NCBI GenBank assembly: GCA_009103225.1
Contig: RHPI01001292.1
Location: forward strand, 349,243-413,242
Direction of reading: 5' to 3'
DNA: 64,000 nucleotides
Source: Chlorokybus atmophyticus
Taxonomy: Eukaryota > Plantae > Mesostigma and Chlorokybus algae
The notes below the pieces were generated by a model that was not told the DNA's origin, searched no databases, and saw only the letters and a program-made list of their open reading frames with translations. Of the stretch, positions 38,501 through 49,114 are shown piece after piece. Each line of letters opens with the position of its first letter. Within the stretch, counting starts at the first letter, position 1. Made by a program: the position numbers and the translations under genes.

Positions 38501-38800
38501 GGACGCACACGTACATGGACTGTACAATAGCACACGCACACCCACACACACACCATGACTGACTTATACCTTCCCCCCCGCAGCACTATTTCATGCGACC
38601 CCACCTCCCTCAACGTCGACAAGGGCTCCGGTCCCGCCGAGAACAACAACGCGGGCGTGACCAACCTGATCGTGCGTCCCCAGATCGGTGCCGGGGCGCG
38701 CGTCGGGTCCACTAAGATCGCCGTGTTGTTCCAGTTGGATGGCACGACGGTGGCGAAACCGAGCGTGACGGCATCTGTCCTCACATGGCAAAAGAGTTGA
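35506..38800 (+). CDS. Secreted chimeric protein: signal peptide, Pollen Ole e 1-like domain and heparinase II/III-like (DUF4962 / oligo-alginate-lyase-type) polysaccharide lyase; six exons
   Basis: Exons 35506-35806, 35972-36270, 36521-36976, 37065-37416, 37566-38439 and 38584-38800 splice in frame. Signal MARPAHLLLFLLLGVLLSHPTSA. Ole e 1-like LTGTVFCDACRDG...LSGVQVIVVC...TDSKGFW. Lyase motifs DHPRLL, ALGYDWLY, GGWFESYVY, FFHFGD, YMRTAW, VKGG...HNHLDLGSF, DLGADSY and RTEGHNTL. Confidence 0.85.
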
Positions 38801-39346
38801 AAGGGGAGAGTTGATACAACTATATAGTCATTGTTTGGAGGAGGAGGAGGAGGAGGAGGATTTGTCATTCATTGATGAGATTATTATTCTTTGCTGACCT
38901 GCTGGAGGAGGAGGTCAACGGGCGGATGCGTAAAGTTGATTGCGGTGCGATAATGGTGGTAGGCTTGAATTGGGTTAGGCGGTTATACAGAGTAGTGTTA
39001 GGGCTTGGGCGCGCAAATGGTTGTTGTTGTTTGTTACTGTAGTGCTATTGATTAATGTATACATAGCGTGTGTATGTCACGCGTGTACGGACCCCAGTAG
39101 TAGTAGAGCTGCTGCTGGTAGAACGACGTTGTAATGTGTACCAACATTGAAGTTTGGTTTCTTTCCAAAAAGTCCCCCACGCTGCATCTCTGTGCTTGAC
39201 GTGACATATGACACCATGCTTGAGGTGGCGTGGTTGCATGCGTGTCCACGCGTGTTTGCATGTTGGTGCACGCGCACGCGCACCTCGTGTACTGTGTGAC
39301 GGTCACATCGACTAAACCAATACACAAGCGCAACACCAGCCCCGAC

Positions 39347-41369
39347 TCACAAGCGCTCGTACGCCGCAGCAAGCTCCCGCAGTGCTTTGGCTATCCTCAT
39401 CCCCCTCTCCCCGGTAAAGAGGTCCTCCCCTTCAACCCGCCACGCCCAGTTCCCCTCCGCGACCCCCGGGACATTCATCCTTGTCGAGGAGTCGAGAGCG
39501 AGGACGTCCTGCATGCTGACTATGGCTGTGCGGCCCACTGAGGAGAGGGCGCAACGGATGAAGTCCCAGGAGATGGAGGAACCGTCGGTGCCGAGGTAGG
39601 ATCTGCGGATGTGTGTGTGCGGGACAGTGTTGGTGGGGATGAGGTATGGGGTGATGGGAAGCAGCACAAGAGTTGAGTCGGGGTGTACCTGATGCGGTGC
39701 TTGGTCAGCTCGTCGGCCTGCCATCAAACGGAATGTCAATGAGTGCTGTTTTTGGATTTGTGTACAGTAATGTGTCTCGATGTTTGCATTCGCGTGTACG
39801 TGTGCACGTGCACGTGGGTGCGCGCACGCCTGCAAGGGCAAGCGTGCGGACATGTACGTACATCTGCGTGCACGCGCGCATGCAACTTGTGTAGGTCAGT
39901 ATGCATGTGTCTGCATGTCTGTCATTATGACTGTTTGTGTGCCAATGTGGGTGTGCGTGCTTGAGTGTGTGATGGTGTGCGCACGGACTCATGCGTGTGT
40001 GTGCGCGCACTTGCACATCGCACACCTTCTGGTAGTATCCCAGAACGGTGTCATTGTCATGTGTGCCCGGGTATACAACACTGTTCTCTCGGTGGTTATG
40101 TGGCAGATGCACGTTGCGCGGCTTGCCGTCTTCAAACGCGAAGAGCAGCACGCTCATGCCAGGCGCGCCCACACTCTCCCGCAGGGCCACCACGTCAGGC
40201 GTGATCACGCCGAGGTCCTCCGCCACGATCGCAGCACGCGCGTTGCCACCCAACCGCCGTGCAATGGCGTCGAAGAAACTTTGCCCTGGACCCACCCGCC
40301 ATTCACCTGACACACACACACACACACACCAAATCAACCCAACACGGCTCCCATATACACAACCTCTCGTGATGTGTCTGTGAAGTGGTAATCTTACCTT
40401 CCATTGCTGTTGCTGACTTTGCGTTAATAGCCCAATACCCCGCAAGCCCCCTAACACAGACAAGTCAATCGTGTTTGTAACACACTTTGAGGAGGTGACG
40501 CAATGTAACACAACTCGCGCATGGAGTGCACAACCCACCTGAAGTGGTCTATTCTCAACTCATCATACAACTCCAAGCTGCGCCGCAACCTCCCAGTCCA
40601 CCACGCATAGTCCTACACACATCACACACATCACACACACATTCCCACATAAGCCACCCACCCGACCCCCCACCCCCCACCCACCCACCACAACAACAAC
40701 ACCTCCTCACACCTCTTGTTGGTGCGCTGTCCAGTTGTACAGCGGCGACCCCCACCTCTGTCCCGTCGCAGAAAAGGCATCCGGCGGCACTCCCGAAACC
40801 TGGTGGTGGTGGTCGAAAGTCTCGAGGTAGTAGTAGTCTCTTGTTGTCTCATTCATAGCACGTGTGTCAAGAGATGGACTGAGTAAGTGATTCACTGACC
40901 TCTGCGGGGGCGCCCGTGACGGGGTCGAGGCAGAAGAGCGTGCGGTGGCACCACACGTCCGCGGAGTGGCCGCCGACGTAGATGGGGGCGTCGCCGAAGA
41001 GGGAGACGCCCTTGCTGTTGGCGTAAGACTTCAGTTCCTGCAGGCAATGTGAAGTGTTGGATTGGGGGTGCGTGGGTGGGTGCGGGTGCGGGTGCGGGTG
41101 CGGGTGCTTGCACGTGCTCGTGTGCGTGTGTGCGTGTGTGCGTGTGTCCTTGTACACGGCAGCTGTGCTACAAGTCGTACACAATGTGACCACATCAAAG
41201 AGAAATACTATGACACAGTGCAGTATCAGATAGTGCTGTCCACACCTGCCATTGCCGGTTGAAGAGGAACTGCTCAGCGACATAGACATCGACCTCATGA
41301 CCCTTTTCTGCCCACACTCTGGCCAGTGCATCCCTGGTGCACGCAAGCATCAGACTTCAAGCCCACACC

Positions 41370-41401
<32 letters not shown>

Positions 41402-44183
41402 CAACACTCGCTCACTTGTCCCTGTCCCTCAGCTCCGGCGGCCACTCCCAGAAGTTCTTCCCTCCCAACATGCGATCGATCGCCGTGAAGAGCCCCGCGT
41501 CCCAGGCCCACGCGTTGGCGGGGTCGGACTTCCACGCGTCGAAGTGGACGCGGAGGGCGGGGGGACCGGCGGGGGAGAGGAGACGGGAGGCGGCTTTGTG
41601 GAGCAAGGGGTCTGTGGGGGCATGTGGGTGGGTGCGCGTGTGCTTGTATATGTATATGCATGCGTGTGCGTGTATGCGTGCGTGCGTGCGTGCACGCGCT
41701 TGTGCTTTATTGCATGTAAGCGCGCGCGTGTGAGTGCGCCTGCGATTGTATGCATTGTGCACGTGCGCGTGCGCGTGTATGCATGTGCGCAAGTGCATGG
41801 GTGTGCACCCGCGCACATATGCGTATATGTGCGCGTGCAGGCGCGCATGGCTTGCTGGCACCTGAGACACACCCACGCACAGTTGCGCGTTCATGTGCGT
41901 GTTGAAGTACCTAGCACACACACCTTTTATGGCTGCGACAGCTGGGAAGTCAGCTCGGCCGGCGGGTAGCGGGTGTGGGCGGTCCGACTCGTCGAGGAGG
42001 CCGTCACCGATGAGGGCGTCTATCGCCACAAGCAGCGTGTTCCCTGCGCAATTCGCCCTGCGTGTATTGTAGTAAACACATACACACTCAACAATGGCAA
42101 GCCAGTCTCATGGTGCATGACTGCTAAGATGCACACTGTGTTGGTGCATCCGTGGCCTTGACGATGACGGAGACCGTGCGTGCGGGTTGTTGTTCTGTGT
42201 GAGTTGGTACACATAACAACGTGTCAAAGGCCCACAGTACCAGCGCTGGAATCAGAGCCGGAGTATGGTGACCAGTAGTCTGGACGGCTTGGTGTGGGTC
42301 TACCAGGCGGCACCAAGGGCAACACCTGCCAGCACGCACACCCGCATACGACCTTCATCACCTCAAGCATGTGCATCATGTCAAACCCCCAAACATTCTC
42401 TCAGCCTCACCTGCCATATGGTCATCCCCGCTTCCGCCATCCAGTCCACGAACCGGTACGCGTGGTACCCCATGTCCCCGCAGCCGGCGGGTCCCGGGAG
42501 GGACGTCGGGTGGAGCAGCACGCCCGCGCGACGCCTCCTCGCGGGTGAGGAGGAAGCCTCTGCATACGGCTGAGGCATGGCGTGACCGACGTGGGGATCG
42601 GAGGCCCAGACGGACTCGGGGGCAGTGATGAGTTGGTCCTCTGTTGCAAAGAGGAGGAGACGTAGTCACAACCCAACATTAACTTCATACAACTCGCGCA
42701 TCCACGCACCTGTCAGCGACAAGCGAGTGCGCACGCGCACACATGCACGCACATGCAGGTGCGTATGCATACGCACACGCATGTGCACACATGTATGCAC
42801 GCACACAGTCACAGGCACACGCGCGCACGCGCACGTGTGCACGCGTATGCGCACGGGCACATGCAAGCACAACCTACCTGTGATGGAGAGTGCCATGAGC
42901 GCTTTGAGGTCCGCTCTCACGCGCTCGAACTCGGCCGCCGCCTCCTGCTGGCTGCGAGGGGGCCTGCCCGCGGCCTCCCAGCGCTGGTAAGCCCACTTCT
43001 CGCACAGACGCAGCGACGGCTCCACTGATGATGAGGGTGATGATAAACTCTGCTGGCCGTCTCGCTTGGCACACCCTGCGCGCATGCGCACTGAGAGAGT
43101 GTGTGTGCACGCGTGACTGTGCATGTGTGCACGCGTGCGCGCACATGTGCACACGCACACACATGCGCACGCGTGTATGTGTGTGCTTGTGTGAGAGTGA
43201 GCAAGTGTTGTATTGCTTCATCATGAGGCAGTGGGACTCACCAATGCCAGCTGGCAGCGGTGGAGGCTGTGGTGGTGGTGGTGGCGTTGGTGCCGGCTCT
43301 GTTACGTAAAGAGGGATGGAAAAGGGCGTGCCGGGTATGCCGTCGCGGTTGTGCCACACGCCCGAGTCGCCCTCGCGCACGGCGAACTGAAGCTGCGTCC
43401 TGGGCGCCACACGACCGAGAGGCAAGACAGTCTGCTGCACGCCATCATCCCCCTGTGTGGTGCAAGGTCAACGTAGCACACATTCAGACGCCCAGGCTCG
43501 CATACGCATGTGCACGCACAAACACATAGGTACATTTGCACCTATGCATGTGCGTGTGCACTCGTATATACATACACGCACACGCACACGCGCACGCGCA
43601 CGAATTTCCATTTCCACCCCACCCTGAGTAGTGTTTCGACGGCCTGCCCCGCGACATCCACCGACCCCGCGGGCCAGCAGTTGTTGGGCGGCTGCTCCCA
43701 TCTGCTCCCATTTGCAAGCGCATTCACCAGTCCCCAGTGCAGCGCCAGTCGACCGCGGGCACCCTCAGAACACACGTGAACGTGGACGCTACCGTCCGAA
43801 GACTCAAAGACAGAAACCTGGGTGAGATTGTTGTAGTTGTTGTTGTTGTTGACGTTGTTGTTGATGCTGATGAAGCGGCACTGACTCGATCTTACCTTGA
43901 TGAGGCCTGAATTGTTTGGGAGGTTGAAGGTGTGGTTGGCTTTGGTTAGGGCAGAGAGGGTTGTAAGCGTGCGCTGCGTCCTCCTTCTCCTTCTTGAGGA
44001 TGTGATGCTATGGCGTTTATATCGTAGTGGGTGGTTGTTGTGAAGTGGTTGCGATGCGGTGTTGTGAAACGCTTTGTTGCTGGGCCTCCGCCAGCTTGCT
44101 GCTGATGAAGCAGCCTGCTGTCGCTGATGAGGCAGCTGCCATGAGGGTGATGGTGGCAACCACCTCGCAGCCAGCGACCACAT
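39347..44183 (-). CDS. DPE1: Plastid 4-alpha-glucanotransferase (D-enzyme, GH77) with a transit peptide and an extra N-terminal CBM45 plus GWD-like helical segment
   Basis: RRRAGVLLHPTSLPG, WQ|VLPLVPP...YWSPYSG, GDAPIYVGGHSADVW, VSGVPPDAFSATGQRWGSPLY, catalytic RIDHFRG, VAEDLG and GTHDND, then RMNVPG...GNWAWR. Upstream in-frame exons contain LALHWG...WEQPP...P.GS...AVET and LQFAVRE...WHN...F.IPL. Stop at 39347-39349. Confidence 0.93.
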
Positions 44184-45616
44184 GCGCTTGCTTGTGTTGA
44201 GAATGCAAATGTCTTGGAAAGCTTCAGTCTCAGGCTTTGTTGCAGCTTCTGTCTGCATGCAAAGGAGAAAGTCACGCCTGCCAGCTGGCACACAGTACAC
44301 GCGTTGCACACGCAAATCTACCCAATGCAGCAGGGTTCGGATGAGTGTGTGCTACTGAGGCAGGGCATGCCCATGTCCTTGTCAATGTAGCAATGAACGA
44401 CATGTCATTGCTAGCACGGTCACTTCGCACGAGGCAGGCAAGCCTGGCCTCTCTTTCCTCTTGCCGCCGCCGCCGCCGCCGCCGCCGTCGCCGTGTGCGT
44501 GTCACTGTCCAGCTTCCGCTCTAGGTCTGATAAGTTATGCATCAATGAAGTGACATTATTGGACGAATCTCGTATGATTGGCAATGGTGTAAGTAAGGGA
44601 GTTTTACCAAGCCAAGTTGGCTTTTTACTAACCCACTTCAAGCTGCAAAAGTCCCCAAGTGTTCATTTCGCATCAGCAATTTCAAGCATGTTCAAGATGA
44701 AGTGTGGCTGTATAGATGCTTGGAAGTAGCTACATACATTGCAGCATCATATTCTTGTTAAGCAACAGATAATAAAAAAGATGCATTGCAATAAAATGAA
44801 TACGCAACTGTACCTACATATCTGTGGCACTCAATTATCCAGCATGCGTCTGTCCCAACTTAGCCATATGCGTAAATTGCTTGCAAAGCCAAACGTTATG
44901 AATAAGTGGCAGCGTTGCGCGCGTGCATACATTCATGTGCGGCTGCGCTTAGCGATTTATCAATGATGTTCATCCAAGGAGGAACGCTTCTTCTTGATGT
45001 GACCGACGTGCAACACAATACTATTGTGTTGCATAATGTTCACTGTCACATTTATCGCAGCTGGTGTGATGCCTTGATTATTGCCATCACCTATATTAGC
45101 TAAGTTTACTTTTGCAAGAAGCTGCCCGCAAAAGATGCATGTTATTACCCGTTGCAGTTGTCTGTTCAACATATGGTGTTTGTACACAATCATGAGCACT
45201 CATGCTGCTTCAAACATCATGAATGCATCGTGCGACACGTTCATTCACGTGAACTTTGTAGCCAATATAGAAGGCCCCTGTTAAAGTATATCTCCTCCCA
45301 CTTATTTGTTCCTGTTATTAATGTAAAAAAGTAGTTTTGACATTGATAGTATTACAATAAATGCAAAGTCAGCAGTGTATGTACAATGGATCGAATGGTT
45401 GTTTGATGACATAATGCTATTGAAAATCATGTAATTTGTTTGTTTTTATGTGACATAGATGCGTTTAACAACCAGCCACTAACAAGTGCATTAATAGCTT
45501 AAAAGCGGTTACAAGGAATTATTTACGTATATTATACCAGTACGCAATCAATACGTGTGACAGACAACTAAGATACTTACATGTAATATACCTCAAAACA
45601 TACCACCTTAATATAG

Positions 45617-45916
<300 letters not shown>

Positions 45917-46804
45917 ATGTNACAAAAGATGCAATTGGCCCATTTTTAGTCAAGACGCATGACGCTCTTCATGTCACATGGGAACAGATTGCAACACTGT
46001 ACACGCTAATGGCATCACTAAATTCATACATATACACAACTACTATAGCTTGAAATCCATACTTACGAGTGCACCCAATGCAATCGTTCACACACAATGC
46101 ATGTAACACAAATCTACATGTAACACAGAGTGAGTTAATACACGATGCGCATGTTGATGGTCATGCATGACCATTAACATATTTACAGATGTGTTCTGGC
46201 GTCAAGTCAAAGTTGAGCTAGCCCCTTGCAACCTTTGTATTTGCACTTAGTTCACTGGGATGCATCATCACGCTGTGTGTGATTTGACACATGCTATGTG
46301 ATTCTTTTTCGTGCACTTGCGGCTGCATGGTGTGCCCAGTTACTGTATCTTTGCATATGTTCAAATCATGACATTTACAAAGTTGCCATGGCGTGACTAG
46401 ATGCTAGTGCTCGACCTACACACATAATGTCCCTAATCCTACAGTAACGCAGGGTAAATGTGCACAAAGCAACGCGAAGCAATTTGGCATTATCAAAAAA
46501 CGCAGTCAATTGTTGCACGTGCTTCAAAAGCTCCTTATCCTTGAAATGGCTCCTTGAAATCTACAACGCGTTTGTGAGTGACCGATTGCATCGACTGATA
46601 GAGAGATCCTGCTGTAAGCACTATACAGTCACTTGTGGTACCTGATGTAAGTTAAACAAACGCAAGGTTTTCGATGCCGGCAGTATGCTCACATGCTAAT
46701 GAAATAGCTGATGCACTGTCAACCAGTGTAACGCAAAAATGCCGCTTTAATACACAGCCTGTAATCATGTTATGTGCGCAACTTGATCGCACAGTGAAGT
46801 GCAG

Positions 46805-48711
46805 TTATGCTACGGCTGCTCGCGGCTTTGGAGTGACCTCCACAGGGCTGACATTGCGAACAAAAATGGCGTCAAGAGGGTGATCTCGCTCGCCCTGCTC
46901 ATATGTGTAGCTGGATGCCACGGCAAGCAGCGTGCCGTTGCTGTTGAACGCGAGCGCAGCTATGCTCGTGGGATACCTGTATTGCGTGAACTCAGATCAG
47001 TAGTGCCGTGTGCTGTTTGAGGAGGGGGAATACGCGAGTTCAACGTGTGCATGTCAGTGTGTGTCTGTGGGTACGTATTTGCGGGGGGGCGGGGCATGTG
47101 TCCAAGGCACAGGTGCACATGCACGCACGCCGGCATGCTATTGTACCAGCATGTGTGCATGTGCCTTGGGCGAATGCATGCCTTGCACGTGCTTTCTTTG
47201 CTTTACTGTGGGGCATACCTGCTATACTGGTAAAGGCGCTTTTTGTTGGCACCATCCCACACATTAATGAAGCCGTCGCAGCCGCCTGTGGCGAATGTCC
47301 CGCACGGATGAAACGCAATCGCGTTGACGGGAAACACAGTATCCCTCCCCGCTTTGGTCTGCCGATGGCACTTGAACGCGTACTTCTTTGCTTGGACCGC
47401 CTCGCCCAAGTCAAAGTACTCCATAGCCACACGCCCCTCGACAGATGCCAAAGCATAACCTAGAAGATGCGAATGAGTTGCAAACATGTTGCGCACGTGC
47501 ATGGATGCACAAGATCACCTGCTGTTGCCATTGTTGTATATGTAACAGATGGACCCAAAATGCACCATAAACATATGCATGTCAAGTGCACGCACATTTA
47601 CCATGGCAAACTACTCTTACCTGTGTTGTCGGGGTAACACCGAATGCTGCGCGTTTGATATTTGAGTGAGGACTCGCGCTGCTGCTCCGGCACGGACATG
47701 TTGCGCAGATCATAGATGAGCACGTGTCTGCCAGCGGTTCCAACAACCAGACGCTCGGCCGACCGTGAGATGGTATACACCTGTCGTAGAATGTTGGAGA
47801 ACAGGAAACATGATAAGAGTGCCAGTGCTGCTGCTGTTGGCAACAATTGGTGGGCCTTTTGTACCCGGTCGGGCAAAGCCACTGTTCCAATCAACGCCCT
47901 GTCGGCGGGTGAGCGAGGGTCCCATCGCTTGAGCGTGCGATCCCAGCTACCCGTCACAACCTCGCCTGAAAAAAGGAAGAGATTGATTGTATAACACCGC
48001 TACTGTGTATTGCCGCACATGTGACTTTGATTGCTACTCGACAACTGCGCAAGCACCTGTGGCGGGGACATGCTCGACGCACTTGATGGCTTCATCATGC
48101 CGGCCCAGAATGTCCTCAGTGCCAGAGATGATGTCATATCTGAGCGTTACATGCATGCTCATCAGCTGAACCAAGCACAACCAATGCACACTTTGTAACA
48201 TTAACAGTTGTTGCGTGCATGCGGACACAATTGCAAACCAACTCACACTTTCACAGCTCGATCAAGGCCTCCGCTGATGACGTGCGAAGACTCCACAAAG
48301 CAGGCGTCCAGCACCGGCCCACGGTGCTTGTAGATGGACCGAAGCACGCACAGCCCAGCGTCATACAACCTCACACTCTGTGTTTGAATGACAATGTGGT
48401 TAACTTCCAAAAACAGGGGAATAAACAAACCAGCACAGAGACAAGTAAGACAGCAAGCGAGCAAGCAAGCAAAGGAGCAAGTGAACAGAGAAGCAAGGCA
48501 GCAGAAACGGAAGTATGTGGGTGAGCATGTAAGCAAGCTTGTGATCCAGCAAGCATTCGTGCAAATGAGGCTATGCACTCACGCAGTCCCAGGAGGTGGC
48601 GACGAGAAGGTCTGTGTCGGGGGCGAAGCGCAGCGAAGATATGCCGTCGCTGGGAGGTGGTCCAAGCTCCCGCCCCGCCGCCGCCGCCCCCGCCGCCTGC
48701 GGCTGCTGCAT
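46805..48711 (-). CDS. BUB3: Mitotic checkpoint WD40 protein BUB3, seven exons
   Basis: [12 protein letters not shown]...[53 protein letters not shown]...KKYAFKCHR...[45 protein letters not shown]...[20 protein letters not shown] and KRLYQY favour BUB3 over RAE1. Confidence 0.96.
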
Positions 48712-49114
48712 TCTCTGCCCTCCACTTTAAGGCGGGGAAACCCTATTCAGCTACTTGTCATCGCCGTCGTTGTCGCCGTCGACGTTGACGGTGCTGTCGA
48801 CGTTGCTTCTTGCTGAGGAGAAGCTTCAGGCTTTAAGCTTTATTCAACCTGGTGGGCTACCCCAAAGGGGTGGAGCGTGTCGCTGTCTGTTTTGCTCTGA
48901 GAGGGAAACATGCTCCCTGTGTGAAGCCGCTGCTGTGTGTGTTGAGGCATAATCAGTACTTTTCAGCTTGTAGCAAGCCACACTGTTTTAAGTGTTAGCT
49001 AGAAGGACCTGCAGACTGTGCTTTTAGCCTGTCTCCAAGTGTGTGAAGCGTTTCCTTGAGGTGAGAGCGAATAAGCAATTGCGTAAGTGAGGGCAAGGTA
49101 GCAGAGTAGACAGG

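Noticed and set aside
32000-43700. Many short Cys/Val/Ala/His-rich ORFs
   Set aside because: They translate the alternating purine-pyrimidine introns.
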